Shown here one piece after another: positions 1-13,062 of a stretch of 64,000 bases of DNA. Position numbers and translations under genes: made by a program. Position 1 is the first letter of the stretch, and each line of letters starts with the position of its first letter. Origin of the DNA: Lama guanicoe. Lineage: Eukaryota. The stretch is from the NCBI GenBank assembly GCA_013239625.1, contig MU054187.1, positions 21,393,280-21,457,279 on the forward strand, given 5' to 3'. Under the pieces are notes generated by a model. That model had not been told where the DNA came from and ran no database searches. It worked only from the letters and a program-made list of their open reading frames with translations.

Positions 1-1525
1 AGAATAGAGTGGCCCTAACTCTCCTGGACGAAAAGGGGAGAAGGGCTGCCCCCACAGACAGCAAGCACATGCAAAAAGAAAGAGATGCTGAGAACAGTGG
101 AGTGGGAAAACATTGTCTAAATGTTCTCATGTGCATAGATGCAAAATCTAAACAAGAGCAAAATATTAGTAAATCACATGCAGTGATCCATAGAAAAGAT
201 AATGTGTCATGAACACAATGGGTTTATTCTAGAAATGCAGGTCTGGTGTAACATTTTAAAACTAATCAGAATATTTCAGAATAAATGAGAAGAAAGCATA
301 TGCATCAATAGAAGCAGAAAAATATTTAACCAATTTCAACATCTAATCATGATCAAAACTCATAGAAATAGAAGGAAATGTCTTTAATGTGATATGAGTT
401 TCTGAAAATTAAAACATACACAAACAAGAGCAAAATCCTACTTGGTGGTGAATTATTGAAACGTTTTGCCCTGAAACTCAGCGTGACAAAAGAGTACCCA
501 CTCTCATCATTTATATTCAGCCTTACACTGGAGGTCATTACATTACAGAAAGGAATAAAAGCTTATTTACAGATAATTTGATCAATACATAGAAAATCTA
601 AAACAATAGACTGTTTCAATCAACTAGAACTAGTTTAGCAATTCCAGAAGGTCAATATACAAAGTCAGATTTTTTTTTCTGTATACCATCCAATGCAGCA
701 AACATATAGAAAATGAAAATTTAAAGGCACATTATTTAAATTTTTTTAATTCCAATATTGCAGAATAAATCTAATGGAAGATGTGGAAAACCTATACACA
801 GAAGCCTACAAAACCTGTTCATAGACCTGAGGGCCTGCTACTAAAATAACATTTCTCACCAAATTCATCTATAGATTCAAAGTAATCCAAATCAAAATCC
901 CAATCACTTTTAAAATAAAACCTAACAATCTAATTCTAAAATTCAACATGGCATTTGCAAAGGACTAAGAATATAAAAACACTGTTGAAGCAAAAAAAAA
1001 CCAAAAATTAACAGGCTTTCACCACTAGATATCAAGATTCATTATAAAGTTACAATAATTAAGATAATGTGTGTGGTGCAAGGATAAATCAACAAACTAA
1101 GGGAACTGAATACGGAATCTAGAAATAGAATCATGTATATATGGTCAATTGGTTCATAAGACAGTTGACACTACAGTTCTTAGGGACAGAATAGTCTGTT
1201 TAAACTCTGTGGGATACACTGGATCTCCATTAAAAAAAAAAAAAAAAACTCTATTCTTGACCCCTTACGTCAAACCATACAAGATAGAAATTTCAATTAT
1301 ATGGGAGATCAAAAGATGAAAAACTTCTAGAAGTAATCATAAGAGCATATTTTCATTTTCTTTGTGAGCACAAAACTTTCTTAAAGTTGACAGAAAATAA
1401 TGACAACAGAAAAAAATTAAAATTTTGGATGTTTTAAAAATAAAAACTTGTGTTTATGAGATGCATCATTTGGAAAGTGAAAAGCAAGCCACAGTGTGGA
1501 AGAAGATACTCTATATATTTTTTTT

Positions 1526-1528
<3 letters not shown>

Positions 1529-1570
<42 letters not shown>
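1529..1570. repeat. (TA)n microsatellite
   Basis: Directly visible run of about 21 TA units. Confidence 0.95.
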
Positions 1571-1571
<1 letters not shown>

Positions 1572-2069
1572 CCTACTGATGCATATGACTTTTCTCATTT
1601 ATTCTGAAATATTTTGATTGATTTTTAAATGCTATACCAGACCTGCATTTCTAGAATAATCCCAATGTGACCATAATATGTTATCCCTTCTTTATCACTG
1701 CATATGATTTGCTAATATTTTGCTCTGGTTTAGATTTTTACATCTATGCACATGAAAAAGCTTAGACTGTATTTTCCCACTCCACTGATTTTAATGTTGC
1801 TTCTTTCGCATTCTTTCTCTCTCTCTGACATATGACAAAGGACTCCTATCCAGAGTTTGTAAAGAAATCCTACAAATCAAATTAAAAGAAAAAACTGAAA
1901 ACAACAGAAATAGAGAAAAACTTAAAATAGCACGTTAGAAAACAGGATATACAAGTGAACAAAACACGATGGTTTTCAGCCTCACTAATCACTAGGGAAA
2001 TGCAAATTAAAGCTTTAGTGATACCCCAATACACAGCCACCAAAATGATTAAAATGAAAATACTGACAA

Positions 2070-2193
2070 GGTGGGGGGATATAGCTCAGTGGTAGAGCGC
2101 ATGCTTAGCATGTACGAGGTCCTGGGTTCAATCCCCAGTCTCGCCATTAAAATAAACCTAATTAGATCCCTCCGCCAAAAAAGAAAAAAATAT
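2070..2193 (+). mobile_element. tRNA-Ala(AGC)-derived camelid SINE (vic-1 type)
   Basis: Head tagctcagtggtagagcgcatgcttagcatg...gggttcaatcccc with Pol III A/B boxes, family tail aataaacctaattagatccctcc, A-rich end; TSD atactgacaa at 2060-2069 and 2194-2203; inserted in L1. Confidence 0.9.
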
Positions 2194-3199
2194 ATACTGA
2201 CAAATGTTGGCAAGGATGTGTAACATCTAGACTGCCATGAATTGCTGGTGGGGATGTAAACTGATGCAAGCACTCTGGAAAACAGTATATACCTACAATA
2301 ATTACAGCAAGGTTTTAGGCATATCTATTAAGGCTCATCACACACTACCTTATGAATTAGTAGTTTTACTCCTACATATAAATATATACCACTAAAATCA
2401 AATACATATATGTTTACCAAAAGACTTGTGCAAATATATTCATTATAGTATTATTTCTAATAGTCCCAAACTAGAAACCACCTAAAAGTCCACCTATAGT
2501 AGAATGGAAGGAAAAAAAAAGTAGTGTATTAATACAATCAAAAACTACACAGTGATGAAAATGAACAGACTATTTGACACCCACCAACATGTTTAAATAT
2601 CCCAAACAGATTCTGGGGCACAAGAAGCCAAAAACAAGTGTATATGAGATATGATTCTATTTATATAAAGTTTAAAATCTTATCTAACTAATTGATGGTG
2701 TTATTATTGGCATGGTGGTTAACAAGAGGGGGACAATTTCTTGAGCTGGGTGCTGATTTCATAGGGTGTCCACTTTGTAGAATGAATGTAATGAACTCCA
2801 CATTTATCTTCTATATACTTCTCTATCTGTATGTTATTTTTCAATATGAATTTTACTCACGTGAGTATTACATACAGATGTATTAGTGTGGACTTTTAGG
2901 GTCATGTTTTTGGTCATTGTCTCCCCAGCTAAGGATGAAACTTTTTTATGAGCAGAGTCTAACTTGTGCCTCACGTGCTATCCATGTGTACTGTTTTCAG
3001 GGTTTTAATTAATTTAATGGAAGTAATTTGATATTTTAAAATAGAGAGGAACATGACAGGGTTTTTGTTTAAAAATGTCATCACTGTTATTCAAAGAAGT
3101 TTCATAATTGTCACTGGTTTGTAGTACTTGAGTCAAAGTAATGCATTAAATGGACTTATTATGGCATTTCTTCTATTCCAACTCACCGCAGATGATGAA

Positions 3200-3641
3200 T
3201 ATGATGGACAGGCATACAACATCCATCCAAGCTCTTTCTCAGATTCCTTGCTCAGCTTCAGAAAGTGGGATGTTAAAAATTCAAAGCACAGACCATCTGT
3301 TTTGCTGATGTGGAACCCAGCACAGCGTGGTTCAGAGCTAGCCACAGTTCCCTGATCCTCATTGCTTATCAGTTGTAGCAGTGGCAGTGGTGGCATGATT
3401 CTAAAATAGACAGCTATTGAGTCTTCTTTGCACTCAGAAAGTGGCTTCCTGAGCTTACAAATGGCAGCAGTTCACCTGGCTGTTCAGTTCTGCTGTGTAC
3501 AATTGATGACAGTTAAAGTCTATTTCTTCATTTCTCTCAATGATCCTGTAAACTATTTAATGCCTTGTATTAATTTTTTTTTGCTGTATAAAGTGCCTAG
3601 AAATGAATCTGCTCTCTGCAACTGATTCCTAATTGATTACA
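3200..3641 (+). mobile_element. Old ERVL-type LTR fragment (LTR40/41/52-like)
   Basis: 3' end tgtaaactatttaatgccttgtattaatt...cctagaaatgaatctgctctctgcaactga...tgattaca resembles the recalled ERVL LTR terminus; gcagtggcagtgg and tggcttcctga motifs internally; 5' boundary uncertain. Confidence 0.5.
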
Positions 3642-4544
3642 AAAGAACATTGTCAGCTTTCTGTACAAGAATCAAGAGTTTGAACTAAATGGACAAACAA
3701 CTTTTATCCTGCTCAGTAATTAGAGATTTATCCTGGCCCTCTTATCTATGATCACATGGAATATTAACTGAAAAGAAATTGTGTCAGTTCAATTCCATCA
3801 TCACTTTTGAAAAGTTTTAAATAACAAGCACTACCTTTATTAAGTAGAGTGCATCCTCCATATAATTAAAAATATCAGGGTCTGCATGAGAAAAGCATCC
3901 ACCAAGTATCATCGTACCAATAAATAGTAAATTTTTATAGTTGTAATGTACCTTCTTCCATTTGCTCATTACGCCAGGCCATTGTATTTGCCCTTGCAAC
4001 TGGATCAACAGGTGTAAGGCATTGCTATCTTACTAGATTTGGTTTACTTAGAATAGATTTACTCCCATAAAGGAGAGGAGGAGAAATAAAAAGTTGTAAT
4101 GTTTCACACATGCACACACACATACATAATCTGGTCTATTCAAAACATAAGGTATTGGATATCATGGCCATTTCTTTAGTCAAAGGAGTAGAGAGTCTTT
4201 TCCCTAAAAATCACTAAAAAGGGTATGGGGATTTACTTAGTTTTTGCTCATGACATTAAGCCACATTTAACACTTTTTGCAACATAATGGCTATTAGGCA
4301 ACTCTATGCATGCATACCGCTTGATGGATTGTTTCTTAATGCACAGTTTCACAATTCATGTAATATTTTATTGAACACCTGCTAAGTCCAAAGAGTGCTG
4401 GGCACTGTAGGAGATATAAAATTCAGTGAGAAACTGACTCTATCCCCAGAGAGCCTATAATTTTATGAGAGAGGAGATAGAAATATTTACACTGAATTAT
4501 AAAGCAAAATACACGATAGTTTGTTTTTTGTTCTATATATATAA

Positions 4545-4785
4545 AATTTTTGTTGACATATAGTCAGTTTACAGTGTGTCAGTTTCTGGTGTTCAGCATA
4601 ATACTGCAGTCATACATGGACATACGTATATTCATTTCATATTCTTTTTCACCATAAGTTACTACAAGCTATTGAATATAGTTCCCTATGATATACACTA
4701 TGGACTTGTTGTTTATCTATTTATATATATATATATGTATATACTAGTTAGTATCTGCAAATCTCAAACTTCCAGTTTATCCATT
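4545..4785 (-). mobile_element. 5'-truncated artiodactyl/camelid-type L1 3' end
   Basis: tagtcagtttacagtgtgtcagtttctggtgttcagcat...ttgaatatagttccct...tctgcaaatctcaaactt; same family as the copies at 26.6, 32.5, 36.3 and 52.2 kb. Confidence 0.85.
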
Positions 4786-5398
4786 TGTCATAGTAGATTA
4801 TGGCCAATCAACATTACTGTAAATAAGTAATTATTTTAGTGCAGAAGGAGAAACAAATACCCAAATGAGGGTATGTGGAGAAAGCAACAAGAGAGATGTT
4901 TTACTTGAATTAAATAAGATAGGAGGGAGGGCCTTTCAAAAAATAAACATCATAAAATAGTATTAATGGACAGTTAGGTTTATGGAAATATCTAGATCTG
5001 TGTGCCTTGCCTGTACTATGGAAGGTGGGGGAAGAATATGGAAGAAGAAAAGTTGACACCTGATTATGGAAGCTCATAAATGTCGTGCTAAGGATTTTAG
5101 ATGTTATTCTCTTTATTCGGCCACTTAAACAAGGTACCAAACTGTGAGGGGATTAGAAAGAGCGTCCTAGCAGCAAAGCAAAACCTGGACTGACCGCTGG
5201 GAAGATTAGAGCTGAGATACCCCCACGTCACTAGTGGGGAGGCCTGAGTGGGAAAAGCTGGTGACAGCAGGAATGGGAAGGAGCAGCCGACATAGGAGGG
5301 TTATGTTGGCAAATTAGTAATAAAAGGAGCCCTTGAATATGACCAGTCCCGAAAAAGGAACAAAGAATAAGCATGAATATGGTGTGTCACTCACTCGA

Positions 5399-5647
5399 TG
5401 TGGCAGACAGAATAATGCTCTTTTCGAGATGCCCATGTCCTAATCCCCAGACCCTATAAATATGTCGACTTCCATGGCAAAAGGGACTTGGCAGATGTTG
5501 TTAAATTAAAGATCTTGAGGAGGGAGGGTATAGCTCAGTGGTAAAGCGTGTGCCTCGCGTGCATGAGGTCCTGGGTTCAATCCCCACACACCTCCCTCAA
5601 GAAGTATAAATAAATAAATAAACCTAATTACCTCCCTCCACCAAAAA

Positions 5648-5690
<43 letters not shown>

Positions 5691-7670
5691 ATGAAACAAA
5701 TAAATAAAACAAACAAATAAATAAAAATAAACACCTTGAGATGGGAAGAGATTATTCTGGATCATCTGGATGAGCCCATGTATTCACAGGGGTCCTTATA
5801 AGATACAGACAGGAAGGTTAAAGTGAGAAAAATGAGATATGATGATGGTACCAGCTATTGAAGTCATGCACTTTGAAGACAGAGGAAGGGGCCATAAAAA
5901 GCCAGCAGCCTCTAGAAGCAGAGAATGGCATGGGAATGGAGTCTCCAGATTCTCCTCTGAAGCATCCATCTGAAATGCAACACGGCCTACAATTTAATTT
6001 TAGATTCTTGGCCTTCAGAACTTCAGAGAATAAATTTGTTTGTTTTAAGCCACTGTTATTATGATAATATACTACAGCAACAATATGAAACCAATGAAGA
6101 TTTTAGACCTAGAGGTGGGGTGTAGCTGTAACAAATATCTGAAGTGACTTTCAAGTTGAATAATGTAATGGCTAGAGGCTGGAGGAATTTTGAGCATGAT
6201 AAAAATCCTTGATTACTTTCAACAAATTGTGGGTAGAAATAAGGATGTTAAAGTTGCTGCTAGGCAAAACTCAAAAGGAAGTAAGTAGCATGGTAGAGAA
6301 AATCTTTACTGTCTTAGAGAATACTTAACTCATAGTAAACAGAATGTTGGTAGAAATAAAGACATTAAATCTGAGTTGAGGGATGCTGGTGAGGGCTCAA
6401 AAGTAAATGAGGAACATGTTATTGAACCCTGGAGAATGGGGGATCCTTGATATGTAGTGTTATAAAGCTTAGCTGAATTGTGTTCTATAGTTTTTATGAA
6501 AGCTGATGAACTGTTACATGTACATAATACAGTCATTTGGTAAGTGATGAACTTGGATATTTAGCAGAGGAAATTTCCAAGCAATAGGTTGAAGATATGA
6601 CCTGATTTCTCTTTGCTGTTTATAGTAAAAGGCAAAAAGAAAAAGATAAGTTCAGGAAAGAACTGTTAAGCAAAAAGGAACCAGAATTCAGTGATGTGGG
6701 AAATTCCCAGCATGTCCAGAATGTAAAAGATGCAAAAATAAGGAGACGCACTGTCAGGAAAGCATGCTCTGGAGACATTGCAAAGCGTGTGGCTGGACAG
6801 ATTTTGGCTGGTGCTTTGAAAGGATAATAAGGTCAGTGTGTTGAGTCACACAGAGAGCTCTTTGAAGAGGTAAGCTTCTGTCTAATGGATCCTCTCAGTT
6901 ATCTTAGCAGAAGCCAGAAATGGAGATGGGATTAGCCACAAGAGAACTGTAGACGGTCTTCTTGTCTAAGGGAGTCATGCCCCATGCCACATGCGGGAGA
7001 CCTGCAAGGTTCTTGAGGAAGTTATACAAGCAGAAACTGCCAGCTTGAACTGCAGGGACAGAGAGAGGGTGAAATAAGTGAAGGCTGCTGGCCTCTGAAA
7101 ACTCTACAGACAGGAGACAGTGTAATAAAACTTCTCTGCTACAACAAGTCCTACCCTCGAGAAAAAATCAGGATGACTTTGAGGGTGGAGCTTCAGGCCC
7201 CGAGGATAGAACCATGGCCCAGAGGGCTGTGCCGTGTTCCTGGAGGGAGAACCAAGCTCCAATATAGGATTATTCCCAGGCATTGAAATATGATGGAGTT
7301 CTCCCAGTTGGAGTCTGGACTTTTGAGGTGATGAGATACAATGAGATTTTGAACTTTGCATTGATGCTGTAGTGGACTGAGATTTTATAGGATGTAATTT
7401 GTATGTGGGATAGACATAACTCTTTGGGAGCCAGAGGGCAGAATGTAGTAGAAGGAATAATGTCTCTCCTAAGATCCCACATCCCAATCCCCAGAACTTG
7501 TGTACATGTTCTCTTATATGGAAAAAGGGGTTTGGCAGATATGATGAAAATTAAGGATCTGAAAATATGGGGATGATCTGGATGGGTCAATGTAATCGCA
7601 AGATTCCTTATAAGAGAGAGGCAGGAGGGTCCAAGTAAGAAAAAGGAGGTATGGTGATGGAGCATATGTG
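5399..7670 (+). mobile_element. MaLR provirus (MLT1, probably MLT1D-like): 5' LTR 5399-6098, internal region 6099-7443, partial 3' LTR 7444-~7670
   Basis: LTR starts tgtggcagacagaataat and ends gagaataaatttgtttgttttaagccac...cagcaacaatatgaaaccaatgaa; internal region starts gattttag; purine-rich gggagccagagggcagaa precedes a second LTR sharing atgg-aaaagggg-ttggcagat and ccttataaga with the first. Confidence 0.85.
5520..5728 (+). mobile_element. vic-1-type tRNA-Ala SINE with (TAAA)n-expanded tail, inserted in the MLT1 LTR
   Basis: tagctcagtggtaaagcg...gaggtcctgggttcaatcccc, tail aaacctaattacctccctcc, long (taaa)n; degenerate TSD aaagatcttgag (5508-5519) / aaacaccttgag (5729-5740). Confidence 0.9.
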
Positions 7671-9261
7671 GAGTTTAAATATTATAATAATAAAGAATCA
7701 CGTTATCTGATGCAGGTAGGAACATAAGTATTTACGGTATTGGAAACACGTACCATGAACTCCCCCAGAAAATAGTAAAAGCAAAACACAGATTTTTTGT
7801 TTTCGTTGAATCAAGATTGGGTAGTCACAACCTGAAACTCCACCTCTTTCTCTGTTATGCTATTTTCTTACAGTCATTCCTCTAGCTAGTCTTAGAAGTT
7901 GGGAACTGAAGGTTTTTAGAATTGGATAATCACCTTTGCACATGCCAATATTTGCATCCATATTTTGTGAGCCCCTTAGTGACTCATTTAAGTCTTGCAC
8001 AGTCCAAGTGGGCTTTCTAAAGATTTCCACGGCATGATTGAAAGATCATCGGATTTTGTGTTCACTGAACTAAAGGAGACAGTATGGAAAATAAAACTTG
8101 AGACTCTCTTTTTTTTCCACCTATAGCTTCTGCTTCTGTATCTAAAGCCATTTAAGTAAACATCTAAAAATGGTTTTTATGATGGTAAGAGAATCGTGAA
8201 TTTCATTTACATATTTACTGTTCACACACTGCTGTGCTGGTAATGGCAAATGCAGGCTTTATTCAAATAGTTGTCTTTGAACACACATGTGAGGTCAAAG
8301 ACTATCCAGGTGGTTCTGAGCCCTTTGGCAGACACAAATACACACAAAATGAGGATTGGAGCTGGATTCTTGAAATACCCTTGGGCTATGTAATGCTAAA
8401 TTATACCTGAAAATTCAATCTATTCAACTCAGCAGGCTGAAATAGCTCATCAATGTGATAATTATAACTAAATATGAACAGGAAAGGAATTAGGAGAACA
8501 GGACTGCTGTGTATACTGCTTTGTAGACAGGAATTCCATTAATGTACACTTAAGATATTTCATGCACATTTTACATTGAAAGTGATTAGAAATTTTGGAA
8601 TAACAATTTTTATACTATCATTAAAAAGGAAACTATGCTGATTGTGATCCATAAACAGAAATTTATATTTAATTAGCATGTTTCATAAGTTCATAAAGAA
8701 TTACACATCTTGGTATAGCCACATCTTTACCCATTTTAAATATTATATTTTAAACCATGTTCACGGAACCACTGTAATGTCTAGCCTAATATTTTCAATA
8801 TTGTGGTGTGTGTACTTATGTGTGTGTAAATTTTTAACCTAATTTAATCTATTTCTCATTGAAAACTTTCTCTTGGTCATTCTAAACCACTTGATTTATT
8901 TCCTTCAAGAACATTCTCCAAGTCCACATTGGACCCCAGGTTAATACAGATAGACCATAGGCATTAATTAGGCTCCCCTTCTGCCATTACATAAGTGTCT
9001 TGAGAATCCTTGTACATGCATCTCTGGAATCCTTCATTTGGAGTACCAGGATGGGCGAGCATCAGAATGGATTCTATATTGAAATTCTGTATGTTGAACT
9101 TATTCTCCTGTTGTCTCACACATTAGAATCAGGTATGTTTTCCAAAACAATAGCAGTAACCCCAGCAACTCAAACTGAAGTAGAATCCTAGACAGTGTGC
9201 TCTATTCTTTACGATTTTCTGCATTTGGTTTTATTGTCTAACATTTATTTGTTCAATACAT

Positions 9262-9540
9262 ATAATAGTGGTATCATGGATTGGGCGTGGCTTTGGCAAT
9301 TCATAAACTTAGATTCAAATCCCAGCTCTACTTCTTGCCGGCTTTGTGAACTTGACACTAGAACTGCAGTTCCCTTATCTGTAAAATGAGGTCACAGCTC
9401 CTCCCTCACATAGTTGTTTTAAGAGTAAATAAAGTAACGTAAGTATATTTTCTAAAACAATAGCAATAAACCCAGCAATTTAAACTGAAGTAAAATCCTG
9501 AATATTGTTCTGGCACAAAGTGAGCACTTAATAATTGTTT
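9262..9540 (+). mobile_element. MIR SINE, interrupted by a 57-bp local duplication
   Basis: ttcaaatcccagctctac...tgtgaacttg...ttcccttatctgtaaaatgagg...tggcacaaagtgagcacttaataa MIR core. Confidence 0.8.
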
Positions 9541-10278
9541 ATATAATTTGATTCAATTTTTATAGTTAATGAACTATTTTTAATTAAAGTATCTCATATG
9601 TATTTACATTGCTTGCATTTCAAAACTAATGTTGGGGGACTCTAGGGGTAATGATGTGAAATTATAATTTTTGGTCTTAGCCATTGTAAAATAGACTCTT
9701 TAAAGCGGAAAAGTAAAGTGCTAAATCCTGTGGTTCAGCCTTTTTTAGCATCATGTACTTCTTCCCTGGCTCGTGCCAGGAAGAATTTGAGGTGACTAAC
9801 TCCTCACTTATACCCCACTATACATGTATACAATGAAGTATAATTTTATACAGATAAAAGCCAGCAAGAGGATAAAACAGTGTAATAGAAAGATAAGACC
9901 AGATGCTTTAGTTTAGAGACTAGAAGTAAGAGGGTCGGGGCAAGTTGGATGGAAGAGGCTGAGAGAGAATCAGCCAGAAAAAGAGAAAGACAATAGCCTG
10001 AGAAGTTCGCAGTTGGGGCAGAAGGATTTTCAGCCCTTTATTTCTCCATGGAGCTCTGCTGCACTTTGCCTTCCTCTGCTTCAGGTACCACTTGGTGGTC
10101 ACCACCATTGCCTGCATCTTCTCTGCTTCTTTATGCATCTTCTCCAACTACATTCTGGCTGCTGGAGTATAACTCATCCTCCAGCCACCTCCAGACAGTT
10201 TTGCTAGGTAGCTCTACAACTCACAGCTCTCTGGTTTTTAACATAAGCCTGTGGGATATGGATAGAGAGGTTGGTAGA

Positions 10279-10312
<34 letters not shown>
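10279..10312. repeat. (GATA)n microsatellite
   Basis: Directly visible tandem GATA/TAGA units. Confidence 0.9.
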
Positions 10313-10320
<8 letters not shown>

Positions 10321-12938
10321 AATAGCATCTATATATCCTATTTTATAAACTTTGTTATAGTGAAATCCTATACATAATTTTCAAAATCATGGAAACTATT
10401 ATAACTTTAAGGATGTTTTAATTTCTCCCCATTATTCCTTATAAATTCATGTGTGTCCCTCCACCTAAAGACACAGTGGAGATGGCATGTCTGAGATAGA
10501 GTTGTGAATTACTCAGCAAGTGTTTTTCACAAAAAAAAAAAAAATTTCCAAGGAACATGGTTCTTTGGGTCTAGGATTACTACATCTTTTGTATGTAATT
10601 TGTTAACAATATGTGTGGAAATATGTTGGAGTGAAGTAAGCTGTCTACACAGGCATACATAACTTACTTCATACTTTCAGTTATGATCTCTAGGAAAGTC
10701 AAGGTCAATTTAATTGTATATGATATAGTCTTCTTTTTAATTTTTTTTTCTAGTAACCATTAGGTATTTGGATGCATCCAAAGGATGTGATTAAGAAGAT
10801 AGAATGCCACTATCCTTGAGATGATGCAAATTTATCCAAATATAAATGGGAAAATAGGACCATTCAGAAGATAAAACTAAGTCTGAATAATCAAATTAAG
10901 GCTAAAAGAAAAAAAAAGATGACACTGAGATAAGATAGAATGGAAACCATATAAAGAAAGGGAAGTGAACAAAAGTGAGAATGCTTAAAAACAATTACCG
11001 TTAAGGAGAGTCAGTGAAAATAAAGTCACTTGTAATGTGAGTTATAAAGGAGAAATATTTAACTGTATTGAATACTTGTAAGTATTAAATATTTCAAAAA
11101 TTTAATGATTTCAAAGACTTCTTTGATATTAGAACATAAGGAGTTGGAGAAAGGCCAAAGAAATGAATGAAGACTTAATAGTAAAATCCAGTTATAGTTT
11201 ACAAAAATCTCTTGGAAAAGTCTTTTCCAGGCAAAAAAAAGCATTTAATGAACCAACCTGAAGAACACAGAATTGATCTCTTTGTTTATTATTTCACTTT
11301 CAACAACAGTTAAGTATAAAGAAGCATCATTCTGGAAATTTTTTCCATGATTTGAACCAATATTTCAAATGAAAACTTGGACCGAACATTAAGTTTTATG
11401 CTTCCCTTGATTTAAAAAGAAGAGTGATAAGTATATTGGAAATACGAGGTACTAAATGAAATGAAAAGATTTCTTGTGCTGGAATAGACCCTCGATATTT
11501 TAATTGATAACTATTTTTAGATTGTCCACTAACAGGAGAGCACTTGACTTTGGACAAAGAGATAGGGGTCCAATTTCAGAGGCATTAGGCAAGACAGCAA
11601 ATCACATAGTATAGACATGTTCAAGAGATATAGATATCTTTTCTTAAATCCTTGAAAAGATGGACCAGTGATTGTGCTGGGGTTGAGAATTATTTGGATG
11701 TTATCTCTGAAAGAACCTGAGGAAAGGACTTCCGTCAAGAATTTATAGGGACTGTCCTAGCAAGGGACTGTTTCCGTGAAGAAAGCAGGGTTCGTATCTG
11801 AGAGGAGAGGAGGCAGCGTTCCCGCAGGGACAGCTGGCAGCCCAGCCAGGGAAGGGCAGAGCTGGTCCACAGCGGTACACCCTGCTGTCGGGTGATAAGA
11901 ATGACACAAGAGAAAGGTTAACTTTCTGTCCAAACCGGAACAAAATAGACCAAAGGAGAGTTGCGATATCACTTATATCATTTAAGGAAATAATTTCAGA
12001 GCTAGTGTGTTCAGGGCATAGCTCTGGGCTAACTCCTAGGGAGGGAGTCTGGACTGAAGCCTCGGCTGGAAAAACGTGGTTCAAGTCGCTGGAGGTCATG
12101 CCCCTCAATTCCCTTCATTTTTTCCACCCAGCAACCTTCTAAGAGCTGTCTGTTGCGGAGGGTGGAGCAGACATCTGTAAATGAGGAATTTTGGCCGCAT
12201 AGCTCCATTACACCTTTCAGTGTTAACATTTTATTACTCTAATGATTCTCTGAAATATAGTTATCACGTAGTTCAAGTGAAATATTTCTATGTGGTCTAC
12301 ATACTGCGTCTTGATAAAATTCTTGGAGGTTTTATCAAAATCAACACCTGTTGTAATGTTTAAACCAGACAAGGATGTTAGAAATCTGGGTGAGCTAAAG
12401 GTTTGATACTCTTGATGTTCTTCAAATGTTCTTTTGCTGTTTTATTTGGAGGAAAGGATGAGGGCCTGGCATGGGGAGGAGAGATGGGGGAGGTGACATG
12501 TCTGAGAAAGGGAGGTCACCACTGCTGCAGAGGTGAGCAGACCTGTCTTGTCCCAACCGGTCCACTGTGCTTCTGAACTTGAATGTCCCTGCCAGCAGCC
12601 AAAGCCCTGCAGTTAACTGCATTCACCCTGCTTAGAAATTAGTTTAACACCACCCATTGTTATGCAAACAGATCCCTTGTGGGTCTCCATCCCTCATCGC
12701 CTAAACAGCTACCAAAAGTATCTCTTCAATTTAACATGGCATGTTACAGGGCACAGGCTCTAGAAAAAGACAAGCCAGTCCAAAGCCGGGCACTACCTCT
12801 TGTTCAGAACACGTAAGAACAGCCTCCTTTTACTGAAACAGAAAATGAGGATGAGAATAATTATAATATGAGGATGAGGATGATAATAAATCCATCATAG
12901 AATTGTTTTCAGTATTCAGTGAGTAACGAATGCATATT

Positions 12939-13062
12939 TGGGGTTTTTTGGGGGGAGGGCGGTAATTAGGTTTATTTATTTACTAAGTGGAGGCACTGGG
13001 GATTGAACTCAGGACCTCATGCATGCTAAGCACACCCTCTACCATTGAGCTATACCGTCCCC
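12939..13062 (-). mobile_element. vic-1-type tRNA-Ala SINE, inserted in a MIR-like remnant
   Basis: Reverse complement of SINE head (ggggattgaactcaggacctcatgcatgctaagc...gagctatacc) and tail (gagggcggtaattaggtttatt); TSD aatgcatatt at 12929-12938 and 13068-13077. Confidence 0.9.

Larger units (their letters stand above)
120..2850 (+). mobile_element. Old, decayed L1 (L1M/L1ME-type): ORF2 3' half plus 3' UTR, interrupted by an inverted duplication, a (TA)n tract and a SINE
   Basis: L1 ORF2-like motifs in collinear order (catagatgcaaaatc, tcaatagaagcagaaaaa, aaattcatctatagattcaa, gggaaatgcaaattaaa, tgttggcaaggatgtg, attgctggtggggatgtaaactg) followed by an L1 3'UTR-like end; many stops and indels; boundaries approximate. 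Confidence 0.85.

Noticed and set aside
2073..2146. Apparent tRNA-Ala(AGC) gene (anticodon AGC at 2107-2109)
   Set aside because: Acceptor-stem mismatches, SINE-specific tail, A-rich end and TSD, and insertion inside an L1 mark it as a SINE; the same applies to the other four copies
11743..12229. Cluster of ORFs in a GC-richer patch
   Set aside because: No recognisable domain or convincing splice-site pair
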